In this document: positions 10,400-23,224 of the stretch, piece after piece
How positions within the stretch are numbered: position 1 is the first letter of the stretch
How the letters are laid out: each line of letters begins with the position of its first letter
NCBI RefSeq assembly: GCF_020745735.1
Contig: NW_026867444.1
Location: 1-64,000 of the forward strand
Length of the DNA stretch: 64,000 nt
Origin: Hemiscyllium ocellatum
Lineage: Eukaryota
Direction: 5' to 3'
Program-made: the position numbers and the translations under genes
Notes under the pieces: model-generated
The model's input: only the letters and a program-made list of their open reading frames with translations
Told to the model about the DNA's origin: nothing
Databases searched by the model: none

Positions 10400-10745
10400 C
10401 TTGGCCTCATCTTTGAGGCTGATCTGAGCCCCAAATCCTCCACAGCACAGAGATCACTCACTGAAAGTCCCACTCGTTGCTTTGGGACTCCAAACATGAC
10501 CATTCTAATGTTGTCTTGGGCCACATCACAGCCACTGCCCTCTGTAAACTTCAGCTCACACCAAAACTCTGCTGCCCGAATCCGAACTCGCAACAAATCC
10601 CATCCCCATCCCCCACTGTCCTCACTGAGCGACATTGGCTCCCGGTCCAATAACACCTCGATTTTCAAATTCTCGTCCTTGTTCTGAAGTCCCTCCCTGT
10701 CCATCGACCCTCCCCATCTCTGTAACCTCCTCCTAGCTGCCTCAC
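10400..10745 (+). mobile_element. L2 LINE 3' ORF2 fragment
   Basis: QNSAARIRTRNKSHPHPPLSSL resembles the L2 C-terminal LQxxQNSAARILT...HWLP region. Mirrored at about 30700-31040. Confidence 0.6.
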
Positions 10746-13450
10746 TCAGTGTGGTCAGCAATCTTGGATATATGGCTCTCTATTCCTTCATCCAAGTCAT
10801 TCAGAAATATTATGAAATGCTAAAGTCCCAGGACGGATCCCTGGGCACACCACTATTCACCTCTTGCTCATTTGAGGACACACACATTATTCCCTCACTC
10901 TGTCTCCTATCTCCAAACTAATTCCTAACCCAAGGCAAATGTTTTTTCTCTTATTCAATATGGTTCCACGTTGATGAACAATCTCTCAAACAGTGAAACT
11001 CGGAGCAGGAATAGGCCATTCAGCCCTTCGAGCCTGTTCTGCCATTCAATATGATCATGGCTGATCATCCAACTCAGTTGCCTGTTCCTGCTTCATCCCC
11101 ATAACCTTTGATCCCTTTCATTCTAAGAACTGTATTGTGCCCTTTCTGGAAAACATTCAGTGGTTTGAGCTGAACTGCTTTCAGTGACAGAAACGTCTAC
11201 AGGCTTCCTGTAGAATGAAAATATTTCTCTCCATCTCAGCTCTAAATGTCCTTTCCCGTATCCTTAAACTTTAATCCTTGATTCTGGACTCCTTCATCAT
11301 CAGGAACATCCTGTCTTGTCCTGTTAGGATTCTAGAGTTTTCAGTGTGACTCCCCATAATCTTCTAACCTCCAGTGAATATAATCCTAACTGATCCAGTT
11401 TCTCATCAGATCTAAGTCTAATTGCTGTCATCCCAGGAGTCAGCCTGGTAAACCTTCGCTGCCCTCCCTCCACAGCCAGAACATCTTTCCTCAGATAAGT
11501 AGACCAAAACTGCACACAATACAATCGTAAAATCGCACAGTACAGAAGAGGCCCTTCGACCCATTGTACCTGTACCATCCAAACTACAGTAAACCTGCAT
11601 TCATCCAAATTTCCAACACAAGGCCCATAGCTTTAAATGTTATGATATTTCAAGGGTTAATCCAAGTACTTTTAAAAGTCCTCCTCAACTACCAGCCCAG
11701 ACAATGCAAACCAGACCCCCACCACCCTCTGGGTGAAAATCTCCTCTTCAAATCCCCTATGAAGCTCCTGTCTTTCACAGTGAATGTGTGCCAACTCCGA
11801 AGAAGAGGAACAACTGCTTTCTATTCATTGTGTCCATTCCCCTCATAGCCGTTTACACCTCTATCAGGTCCTCTCAACCTTCTCTGCTTCAAAGAAAACA
11901 ACCCGAGTTTATCCAGCCTCTCTTCATCGCTGAAATGCTTCATCCCAAGCAACATCCTGGTGACTATTCTCTGCACCCCCTCCAATACAATCCCATCCTT
12001 CCGATTGCGTGGTGACCAGAACTGCACACAGTACTCCAGCTGTGGCCTAACAAAAATTCTGAATAGCTCCAACATATCTTCCCTGGTCTTCTCATCTATA
12101 CCTGAAATGATAAAGGCTAGTGTCCCATATGATTTCATCAATACTTTATTCACCTGTTACATTGTCCAAAGTTCATCACCTCACATTTATCAGGGGTAAG
12201 TTCCATCTGACTCTGATCTGCCCATCTGACCAATCCAGTTAGATCCTCGTGTCACCCAAGACCTTCTTCCTCATTGTCAACCATCTGCCAAACCTCGTGT
12301 CATCCAAAAACTCAGTCATCATCCACTCACCCCCACCCCTCACCTCTCACATTCTCATCTTCATTGTTTCAATACATCCTGAACAATAAGGGACCCAGCA
12401 CTGATCCCTGTGGTATCCCACTGCACACTGGGCCCAGTCACATAAACAAATTTCTGCCTCCACCCTCTGTCTCCTGTCACTGAACCAGTTTTGGTTTGAA
12501 TATTCAGGAGTGGACTCACTAAGGCCCCATACAATTACAGCAAGACATCCCTGTTCCTGTACGCAAATTCTCTCACTATAAAGGTAACATATCATTTACC
12601 TTCTGCACTGCCTGCTGCACCTACACGCTGACTTTCAGTGACTGGTATACACGGACACAGGCATCTCTGCATCTTCTTCACTGCTCCCCCTCCCACCCAG
12701 CTTTGTGTCATCTGCAAATTGGAGATATTACTCTTAAGTTCCCTCATCTAAACCATGAACAAATATGAACATTACTGACATGAATAGAGAAGTGGTTGGC
12801 AGGCTGGAAACAAAGAGTAAAAAAAACAGACCTTTTTCTGAAAAGGTCTGTTTTTTTTACTCTTTGTTTCCAGCCTGCCAACCACTTCTCTATCCATGTC
12901 AGTACACTGCCCCAGTCCATTGAGTCTTACTTTTACTCGCTAATTTCTACTGTGGGACTGTTTAAAAGCCTTCTGAAGGTTCCAGATAAACCACATCCGT
13001 TGGCTCCCCCTTGTCAAATCTGCTCATTCCATCCTCGAACAATTCCAGTCAATTTGTTCTGCATGATTTCCCTTTCCACAAACCATGCTGACTCTGTCTA
13101 ATCCTATCACTGTCTTCCACGTGCCCAGTGATTAAATCTTTCACAACGAACTTGACTATTTTTCCCAATACCAATGCCAGGCTGACTGGTCCAGGTTGCC
13201 CACTTTTCTCTCTCCCTCCCATTTTAAACAGTGATGTTACATTCGCAACTCTCCAGTCACTGGGAAAGTTCCAGAATCAATAGAATCTTGAACACCAATG
13301 TTCCCAAAATTTTTGGGCAATTCCTGAAGTAATCTGAAATGTAGGTTATTGGTCCCTGCGGATTTATCAAACTTTAATCCCATAAATTTTCCAAAACCAT
13401 TTCCCGAATAAAACTAATTTTCTTCAGTTCTGCCCTCAGTCTATACCCTG
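10745..13450 (-). mobile_element. Stack of degenerate CR1 fragments
   Basis: Repeated RPQLEYCVQFWSP and other RT-region motifs on the minus strand. About 11330-12150 mirrors about 28150-29040, including a shared tail/fragment junction. Confidence 0.75.
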
Positions 13451-13489
13451 ACGTCCCAACATGTTTCAAATGGATTTGAGTTTTCCTTT

Positions 13490-14435
13490 GTGTACAAAGA
13501 TCCAGAATGCAGCAAAGGCAGAAATTTCCTTGTCAGCTTTTGTCAGCGGTACTTGTCAATATACTTTCATCAAATCAATTTTCAATAGGAATGACACACT
13601 ACCCACCATTTCAATGCAATCTTCTGACCTGGGAATAGGTTACAAATCCATCTTTGTGACTACATTCACTTTCCTATAGTGTACACAGAATCGAATTGAA
13701 ACATCTGGCTGAGTCACCAAACAAGAGAACTCCAACTACTCTTAACAGTTCAATCAGGGGACCCTCTCTTGTTTGTGATCAGTAATTTGCTGATTTTTAG
13801 GTGGTTTGAATCATCCCCAGATCCCTGGTTCCACAAATGGGCTGATTTAAAACTGTGAAATTAAGAAGGCAATAGACAGGTGTTTCAGGGCAAAAGAATC
13901 TCTGTGTTTATTCAGAACAGGCCTGTGTCTGGAAGCTCTTGTTCAGATAGCGTTTGGTTGGTGTTCCCGCTCTCGGGTGTCCTTTGTTACGATGATGCTC
14001 TTGGTTTGGTGTCTGGATTCAGCTTCTCTGTTCAGCCTCTGTAGTTGTTGGTTCTAAAGCTGCTTGTTGGTAGTGTGTGTTAGTAGGCCGAGGTTGTAAA
14101 AGTTAGTTTTAGTCAAGAGATTGTGTTCTGGTTGGTGTCCCTTTCAGAGTTGAGGTGTGAACTGGAATTCCAGGCAGAACAATAGTTCCAGGCAGCCATT
14201 TTTTACAAAAAATCCAGGGTTTTAGATGATAGTGACTTTTGCTCAATCCTACACAAGAGAACTCCAATTACGCTGACAATTCAATCAATTGATTCTCCAA
14301 CATGAATTGAGCTTCATTTGTTACTTTGACTTATTTCTCTGGTTTTAATCAAAATGGATTTTGTTTTACTGGGTCTGAATAACCTACATCCACATCATGT
14401 TCGATTAATCTGGGACACCTAAGTGTATCTTCTAA
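13490..14435 (-). mobile_element. Gypsy LTR-retrotransposon RT remnant, interrupted by an insert of about 450 bp
   Basis: Manual minus-strand translation gives IEHDVDVGYSDPVKQNPF*LKPEK...MLENQLIE (about 14270-14420) and PDVSIRFCVHYRKVNVVTK...KIDLMKVY*QVPLT...EISAF (about 13500-13710). Confidence 0.75.
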
Positions 14436-14869
14436 AGACCATGTATCAGTGTAGAGTTAGGCCATTCAGCCCATCACGTCTGCCCTGCCATTCGATCATA
14501 ATTGATTTGTTTGTCAACCCCAATCTCCTGCCTTTTCTCCATTACCCTTGATCCCTTTACCAATCAAGAATCCATCTATCTCTGTCTTAAATACACTCAA
14601 TGACTTGGCCTCCACAGCATTCTGCAGCAATGATTAATCCACAGATTAACCACTCTCTGGATGAAAAATCTCCTCCTCATCTCAGTTCCAAAGGATGGTC
14701 CCTTCACTCTGAAGCTGTGCCCTCAGTCTCTCTGCCAAGTGGAAACATCTTCTCCATGTCTACTCTATCCAGGCCTCTCAGTATACAGTATGTTTCACTG
14801 AGATTGCCCCTCATCCTTCCAAACTCCATCAAGTACAGACTGAATACTGGCTCCAACCACTCCTCAGAC

Positions 14870-15125
14870 AAACTTCTTTGTATTCTCTGAGCAATCTCAC
14901 TCTGTCCCTCTGTTGATCTTCCTCCAGATGCAAAAATACAGTGTCTGAATTCTATAATATCTCTGAATTTGTTCACCTCATAGGAGGAAGTTCACTTTGG
15001 AAATTGTCCAATTGCCTTTGGATCTCATGCTTTTTCTCATCCCCTCCTCCATTATACTCACTACTTGACACACCTGTGCACGACTGAATGGTTCCTCAAA
15101 AACTGAGAGAGGAATTAAGGATGCT
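14870..15125 (-). mobile_element. Gypsy integrase-start and IN-RT linker remnant
   Basis: Minus strand LIPLSVFEEPFSR (start of the integrase core), followed by NSEIL*NSDTVFLHLEEDQQRDRVRLLREYKEVC leading toward the RT remnant. Confidence 0.6.
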
Positions 15126-15134
15126 GGTTCAATC

Positions 15135-16770
15135 ACATGTTGAGGTTTACCTATAACTTGACAAGTGTTTTTAAAAAATTATTCATTTTGTGTAATGTGA
15201 GCATCACTGGCTGGCCAGGATTAGTTGCTTATCCCCAGTTGCCCAAGGCCAGCATTTATTGCTCATCCCTAATTCAACTCTTTTGTCCACGTTTGAACCA
15301 ATCTGTAATGAAGCCAGGAGCTGAGTGACCCTGGTGGAACCCAAACTGGGCATCACTGAGCAGGTTATTGCTGAGCAGGTGCTGTTGATGACACATTCCC
15401 TCACTTCGCTAATGACCGAGAGGAGGCTGATGGGGCGGTAACTGGCTAGCTTGGATTTGTCCTGCTTTTTATGTATAGGACATTGTTGGGCAATTATCCA
15501 CATTGTCGGGCAGATGCTAGTGTTATAGCTTTCCTGGAACAGCTTGGCTAGGGAAGTGACAAGTTCTGGAGCACAAGTCTTCAGTATTATTACCAGAATG
15601 TTGTCAGGGTCCATAGCCTTTGCAGTACCCAGTGCCTCCACCCATTTCTTGATAACACGTGGAGTGAATCAAATTGACTGAAGATGGTTATCTTTAATGC
15701 TGAGGACCACTGGAGGAGGCCAAGATGGATCATCCACTCAGGACTTCTAGCTGAGGATTTCTGCAAAAGCTTCAGCCTTATCTTTTGCCCTGATGTGTTG
15801 GACTCTTCCATCATTGAGGGTGGGGATATTTGTGTGGAGCCCGCTCATCCAGTGAGATGTTTAATCGTCTACCAGTACTCATGACTGGATGTGACAGGGC
15901 TGCAGAGCTTAGACCTGATCCATTGGTTGTGTGTTGTCTAATACTGTCTGTCAATTGCTGCTTGTGCTGCTTGCTATGCGAGTAGTCATGTTTGGTGGTT
16001 TCACCAGGTAAATACCTCATCTTGGTAAAAACAATGACTGCAGATGCTGGAAACCAGAGTCTAGATTAGAGTGGTGCTGGAAAAGCACAGCAGTTCAGGC
16101 AGCATCCGAGGAGCAGTAAAATTGACCTTTCGGGCAAAAACCCTTCATCAGGAATGCAGGAATACCTCATCTTGATGAATGACTGGTGCTGCTCCTGGTA
16201 CGACCTCCTGAATTCTCCATTGAACTAGTGTTGATTCCCTGGTTTGATGATAATGGTCGTGTCGGGGCTGGAGCACAATTCTGCTGCTGTTGATGGCCCA
16301 CAGTCCTTCATGGATGCCCAGTCATGAGTTGTGAGATTGGTTGTAAGTCTGTCCCAGTTAGTCTCGTGAAAGTGCCACACAACACGATGGAGGCTATTCT
16401 CAATGAAGGCGGGTGTTGGTCTTCACAAGGACTGTGCGGTGGTCACCCTTACTGGTACTTTCGTGGACAGAAGCATCTGCAGCTGGCAGATTGGTAAAAA
16501 TGAGTTCAAGTATGTTACATTTATAAAACTGTGCCACATCTTTATATAATTTTGGCTCAATAAAACACCTGATTCTGGATGCCTGTGGACAATTGGACAA
16601 TTTCCAAATCCCCACGGTCCTGTCATGGAAATCTGATGTGCTCCTCACGATATCTCCCTGTGATAGCTGGATGGTACCACGAGCCAATATCTAACCAACC
16701 ATTCTTCATCTGGGGGTCCATGGAGGGACGGTGGTGGAGGGGCGGTCTCCACTTCCTCATCAGTGCTCCA
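15135..16770 (-). mobile_element. Non-LTR retrotransposon (jockey/CR1-group) EN-RT remnant
   Basis: KAMDPDNILVIILKTCAPELVTSLAKLFQESYN...HKKQDKSKLASYRPISLLS; 3' tail GGGATGAGCAATAAATGCTGGCC. An EN fragment of the same family lies at about 31600-32070 (+). Confidence 0.8.
16025..16160 (-). mobile_element. 136-bp Penelope-terminus element with 14-bp target-site duplication
   Basis: AATACCTCATCTTG at 16011-16024 and 16161-16174 flanks the insert, which carries a degenerate CTGATGA...GAAAGGTC core. Confidence 0.75.
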
Positions 16771-18330
16771 TTCTGAAGATAATAGCATTCTGAAACCCCT
16801 CCAGCCTCGACCTCAGTCTGAACTGACAGTGCTCATTTATTTCATTCGGGATCTGCTTTTTGGATCTGTTGTAATTAGGGACATCATACCAACCACTCCA
16901 CCTGGATTATCTTCACCCTTTTGGAAAGTTTCAGCGATCCTTTCACTTGCTGTGATGTCACATCAACCCTTATTGATGGATTTTGTTTAACCATTGCTCT
17001 GGTTACCTCACGTGAAGGAGAGAGACCAGGAACCTGTTCCTGTCATTGTTCTGTTTCTTGGCCCTCCTTTGGACATTCTGTAATTATCGGGGAAGATACT
17101 GCCTTTAATCCTGACAAAATATTCCCCAGAAGAAAATCAACTCCCTCAACAGGGAATATTTTCCCCACTCCGACAATTACTTCTCCTGATAACAAATCAC
17201 ATTCCAGTTGTACATTTTGATGAACACCTTAGAATCCATTGAGCTCTCTGGAGGGAAAATCGATTCTTTCTCCAGTAAAAGTGATTGTATTGCCCCTGTA
17301 TCTCTCAGTTTGATTCTGGGTTTAGCTGAAGAAAAAGGAGTCACCATTCCTTTTGATAAAAATCCTGTCCACCTCTCATCTATTTTACAACTTCCTTTAC
17401 TGATGACAGAATTCACCTCCAGCCTTTTTGTTATAGTTACAGCTACAACCTGCTCCGTGGGATTATCTGTTTGCATTCCCTCTTCTGACTCATTTTTACT
17501 AACTCCCATAAATCTCCTGGGTCTTACCTCACAGTTTCCAACATTCCATACGCACATGGCCCACCTTATTCCAAGAGAATCGTTTCAACTTCTGATCATC
17601 GCTTCCAGCCTCAGCAATTTCTTTCTTAATCTGAAGAGTAGTTCTCCGGCAGGTCCCTCCTGTCCATTCTCTCCCCTGTCTACCTGCCTTCCACACACAC
17701 TCCCAATTTTTATTTTTCTCCCATTTCTGGGCCTGATGGGAAAAAGGCTTCTGGATTAATCGCCCATCAGGTGACTTCTCCACCTCCTGATGCTGCTTGG
17801 CTTGTTGTGCTCTTCCAGCCTCCTGTTTGTCGACTTTGGATTCCAGCATCTGCAAGGTTTTGGCTTTAATGAAGACTATAATCATTAACCATTCTAGCTG
17901 CTTGTCATGCTGTTCTTCCCCTTCAGGCTTTTACATGAATTCTGATTCTAGTAGGGAAGAAAGTTTTAAATCCTTCTCAGAGAATAATTTCTCCGACAGC
18001 ATTGTAAGTATTCTCAGCTGTTAATGCTCTTATCCACCTGTCAACATTATTTTGCTGAATTCTCTCAAACTCAGTAGAAGTTTGTGGAGGCTGTTTCTGT
18101 AAGTTCTGAAACATCTGTCTGTTTGTTTCTGGGATCGATGCATATGTGCTTTTCACCTTTTCACTTCCTTGTGATCCTGAGAATGTTCCTCTGGCAGGGG
18201 TATAGAAACTTCTTGTGCTTCCCAAGTTCATTTTGCATGGGCAAACTCCATTGTTTTTCCTCGCCTCACTTGTTTAAATATCTTCTCAAAAGGCATGAAA
18301 AATGTCTCCACCTCCTTCTCTTCATAGTCA
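16770..18330 (-). mobile_element. Gypsy (Gmr1-like) gag-protease remnant
   Basis: Gag-like FQNLQKQPPQTSTEFERIQQNNVDRWIRAL...IIL, a degenerate zinc knuckle (NKVGHVRMECWKL) and aspartyl-protease LRDTGAIQSLLL. Interrupted by a PLE-terminus fragment at about 17760-17865. Confidence 0.8.
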
Positions 18331-19910
18331 TAGAGTCATAAAGCAAACAAACAGGCCTTTCTGCCCACCATGTTAGTGCTGATCAGTAAACACCAAACTG
18401 CACTAATCCCATTTACCTGCACTTGGTCCATAGCATTCCATGCCCTGGCATTTTATGTGCTCATCTGGATGTGTCTTAAATGTTGTGAGAGGAGCTGCCT
18501 CCATCACCTTCTCAAGCAGCACATTCCATATTTCTACCACCCTCTGGGGTAAAAAAAATCCTCAATTCCCTCTCAACCACCTTTTCATCACATTAAGCTT
18601 ATTTCCTCCGGTCATAGACATGTCTGCCATGGGGAAAAGATGATCACAATTGACTTTGTTTATGTCTCTCAGAATCAGATTCACCAACCCCTTCCACCAC
18701 GCCCCCACCCCCACCCACCCCCCCCATGCTTCCTCTGCTCCACAGGAAACAAACTCAGTTGATCAAGTCTCTCTCCTCATAACTAACACTTTCCATCCCA
18801 AGCAACATCCTGGTGAATCTACTCTCCACCCTCTCCAGTCCAATCATGTTTGTCCAACAGTGATATGTACACAGTGTTCCAGATATGGCCTAACCAATGC
18901 TCTGTAAATTAACAATGAGACTTCCTTACTCCGATATTCTGCACACCGGCTAATGATGGCAAGCATCCCATTTGCCTTCTTCACCACCCTGTCTAGCTGT
19001 GCTGATTCCATCTGGGATCGGTGGACTTGTACACCAAGGTCCCTTTGTTCCTCACTACTCCCAAGAACATGAGAACATAAGAGCCAGGAGCAGGAGTTGG
19101 CCATCTGGCTCTTCGAGCCTGCTCCACTGTGCAATAAGATCATGGCGGATCTTTTCCTGGACTCAAATCCACATACCTGCACTCTCATCTTATCTCTTAA
19201 TTCCTTTATTTTTCAAAAAAAAATCTGAGCTCTAAAAATATTTACTGAAGAAACATCAACTACTTCATTGGACAAGAAATTTCATAGATTTTGACCGTCT
19301 GGGTGAAGAAGTTCCTTCTCAATTCAATCCTAAATCTGCTCCCCTTAATTTTGAGGCGATGCCCTCTTGTCCAAGTTTCACCTGCCAGTGGAAATATTCT
19401 CTCTACTTCAGTCTTATCTATTCTCTTCATAATGTTATATGTTTCTATAAGATCCCCCCTCATTCTTCTAAGTTCCAATGAATATATGCCAGTCTACCCA
19501 GTCTCTCCTCATAAGCTAATACCCTCAACTCTGGAGTCAACCTTCTCTGCACCCCTTCTAGTGCCAGTACATCCTTTCTCAAGTAAGGAGACCAAAACTG
19601 CACAAAGTACTCCAGGTGTGGCCTCACCAGCATCCTGTACAGCTGCAGTATAACCTCTCTGCTTTTTAAACTCAATCCCTTTAGCAATGAAGGACAAAAT
19701 TCCATTTGCCTTTCTAATTGCTTGTTGTACCTGTAGACCAACCCTCTGTGATTCATGCATAAGGACACTCAAGGCACATGCCTTTCATTGTGTATATCCC
19801 TCCCTTATTAGACCTCCCAAACTGGATCACCTTACACTTGTCAGGATTAAATTCCATCTGCCATTGTTCTGCCCAGTTACCAGCTGATCAATATCAGACT
19901 GTAGCCTGAG
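18330..19910 (-). mobile_element. Nested CR1 3' fragments (younger copy at about 19065-19775 inside an older one)
   Basis: Two RPHLEY-type segments; the internal CR1 tail AACATGAGAACATAAG sits at about 19066. Confidence 0.75.
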
Positions 19911-19919
19911 ACCCAGTAA

Positions 19920-20690
19920 TCCAAGATGGCAGCAGAGTAGGACTCTTCAGACCAAGTTCATCTGCTCCGTCTGTTTCCTTTTCTGCTTTTTCTTCCACTG
20001 GTTTTTATTTTCTTTTGTGCTTTTCTTTTGCGGTTCTCTCTTCTTTTCTCTCCCAGCCACGGACTTCCAGCCTCACTCGCCAGGCCTCTGACCAGTGCAG
20101 CCCCAGTGTTGCGGCCTCTTGACTTGGTGTGGCAGAGTCCTAATTTGGCACAGAGACCTCCCAGCTCGGTGAGGCAAACTCTCGGTCTGACGTGTTGGGC
20201 TCTCAGTTTAATGTGGAGGCCTCTCGGCTCAGAATGCTCGACTGTCACTCCAGCGTGACGAACTCTCGGCCTAGCATGGCGATCTCTCAATGGACCAACG
20301 TGGTTGTCTCTCGGCCCACAGTGTGGTCTTTTGCTGTATATAGTGGTCTTTCAGCCCAGCACAGCCTCAGCTTGCCTTCCGGTCTCGAAGTGAATGATTC
20401 AAAGTATGATCCCACGGTAGCTAAGCACTTAAGAAAGACTGGAATGATTGAACTTCCAGATTTATTTCTTTATTTTATTCTTAAAACTAAAAAGGTAAAA
20501 AAGTCTGTAACGTGTAACTTTTAAATTTATTCTTTCTTTATACCTTGTTCTTAAGATTCTGTATCTCGGTCCTTGTACCTAAGATGGCTCCTTCCAAGGT
20601 GACATCACATACTTTTCACTGTACTCCAATACTTTTGTACTTGAGTCCATGTAACAATAAAATAAAATCAATATCAACAACACCACCAAT
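19920..20690 (+). mobile_element. Non-coding retroposon-like repeat
   Basis: Starts CCAAGATGGC and ends TTTCACTGTAC...CATGTAACAATAAAATAAAATCAA, resembling a LINE 3' tail. Family assignment is uncertain. Confidence 0.35.
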
Positions 20691-22039
20691 TTACGTGGCA
20701 TCTGAAAACTTTCTAATTATACAATCACAGTCAATTCATTAAGGTACATTACAAACAGAAAATGTCGCAGCCCCAATTCCTGTCATACACCACTGGTCAC
20801 AGGCTTCCAATTACGAAGACAACCCTTCACCAACTTGTCAACTTGCCTTGGATCCCATGGGCTCTGACCATCTGGATCAGCCTTCCATGTGGGGCCTTTG
20901 TCAAACAAATCAATACTGGCATCCCGACCTCTTCAAGTATTGCTTAATCCTGTACTTCAGGATTTTTTCTAATAATTTCCCTCACACTGACATCAGACTA
21001 ACTGGTCTGGAATTGCCTCGCCTATCCCTGCTGCCCTTCTTGAACAAAGGAACCACATTGACAATCCTCCAGTCTGGCACTTCACCTGTGGCCAGCGAAG
21101 TATCCATCAAGGAAAAGGCAATTAAACTTTCAAGACAATGAAATGAAAACTACAGTTAAGTTAAACCTAAAGACACGTTAGAGAAATGAACGCCTTCTCA
21201 CTGTTATTTCAATACAATAAAGCTATAATGTTTGAATAGAAAGGATTTTATTTTGCCTTGTTTTGAAATCTTTTGCAATTGTGTTTTCTGTCAGTATGTT
21301 TTATTTTATCGTCATTTCTTTTGTGCACTGAGGTCTTATTATTCAATCTAAATCATCAGCATTGCGTACTTATGCTCTGCAGATGCTGCAGACCAACTGC
21401 ATTTCTTCAGCAGTTTGTTTGTGTTTCAGTCTGAGATCTGTGTTGTCCAATAATACCAGCAGTAGGGATGGGAATAGTTGGCTAGCATCATTATTGTCAC
21501 TCTAATTAGAAATTGACACTTCGTATTTGATGAATCCAACAAACCCTTACACTGTTTTCACATCTGTCCGTCACCACATCACTGCCACCGCTCTTACCTT
21601 TCCAGAATCCAGGCAAATCCTTTTGCTCTCAGTATGTGACTGATGTACTTGGGCATCTTTAATTGCAAACTTTCTTGTTCAGCCTAATGACTCTTTCTTT
21701 CTTGTTCAGCTCCTGACAAGCTACACCCTGCAGGCCACTAGATGATTGTGGTCAGCAATGCTTTGTATCTAGAATAGCCCACTTTGTCCCCATATCCTTC
21801 TCACTCACACTCTCAACTGATTACCCAGCTTGCCGTGTTTGAGGAGAAATTGACTCGAAATTGAATCAACTGTTGGTATTTCATGTGGCCATTCAATTGG
21901 AAAACAAGTATATTTACACTGAAGTTAATAAATTATAAATGTATAATAATTGGACAGAATGATATATTAAACTTTGCAGCATTTGTGGGATATAACTTTT
22001 GCTGGTTTGTCAAGAATGCCGGTTCATAAGGCACAGGTT

Positions 22040-23190
22040 ACAACAACATTTGCTGCGTATCTTTTATAATAGACTCCCGTATTTCTCCCACTACTGATGC
22101 CAAGCTAACTGGTCGACAAAAAACACTGTGTTCTATCTGTCTTCCTTCTTAAAATAGTGGGGTTATTTTAGCCACTTTCCAGTCCATAGGAACTGCTCCT
22201 GAGTCTAGATTTCTGAAAGATGATGACGAGTGCATCTATTCTTTCTAATACCACTTTCCTAAGTATTCTGGGGTGAGGGGATCAGGCTGCCAAAGATATT
22301 TTATGGCCCCTCTTTGTCCTCCTATTTTTTAAGTACCCCCCCACACTTTCGCTTCTCCCGAAGGGCCTCCCCTCTTTTTAAAGCTCTGTACTTGGTATGT
22401 GCTTATTCCTTTTTCTTTCACAAACTATCCATGTCCTTTGACATCCAGGATCCCAGGAGCTGCTGTCCTTGCCTTTCTTTCTGAGCTGGCCCTGAACTAC
22501 ATTAAAAAGATCCCCATTTTCCAAATGTAGACTGACCTCCAAGTAACTGATCCCAGTCTATATTTGCCAGATCCTGTCTAATGAAATTGAAATTGGTCTT
22601 GCCTCACTTTAGACATTTAACTTCTGCACTACCCTTATTCCTTTCCATAATAGTTAGGAAACGTACGGAGTTATGTTCACTATCTCCAAAATGCTCACCC
22701 ATTGACTCTTCAACAATTTGACATTACTCGGATTGAGCCCAGCACTGCCCATGTCTAGTGGGACTATCTACGTACTGGCACCAAAAGCTCTCCTGGATGG
22801 ACTTTAAAAATTCCATTCACATGAAGTCAAACATAAAGTTTATGTTAGAGAAGTTGAAATTCCTTGCTAATATAGCCCTATTCCTCTCAAGCCTCTCATT
22901 GCTTTGCCGACATATCTGCTCCTCTCTCTCCATCTGACTATTGGGGAGGCTGTAGTATAAGCCCAGCAAAGTGATTGTCCTTTTGTCTAGCTCTACCCAG
23001 ACGGCGTCATTTGAAGACCCTTCCAAGAAATGCTCCTTCAGTAGCAATACTGCAGTCATGGTTTCTTTTATCAATAATGCAACACACCCACCTCTCTTGC
23101 GTCCTGTCTATCCCACCTCAGACTTGTCTACCCTGGAATGTTGAGTGGCCAGTCCTATCTTTGTTCAATCTTGTCTCAGCAATTGCAACA
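22040..23190 (-). mobile_element. Degenerate CR1 EN/RT fragments
   Basis: Minus-strand VWVELDKRTITLLGLYYSLPNS...RAILARNFNFSNI is CR1 APE-like. Confidence 0.65.
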
Positions 23191-23224
23191 ATATGATATT
23201 CCAAAAAGACAATGCAACAGCATA

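Noticed and set aside
17208-17759. 183-aa plus-strand ORF and other long track ORFs (36775-37320, 62491-63156, 62754-63400, 63644-63916)
   Set aside because: They are antisense or alternate-frame shadows of the Gypsy protease, the V promoter and the Penelope ORF.
21598-21670. Minus-strand peptide LRAKGFAWILE as an exon of a known gene
   Set aside because: Too short to assign, with no recognisable flanking exons.
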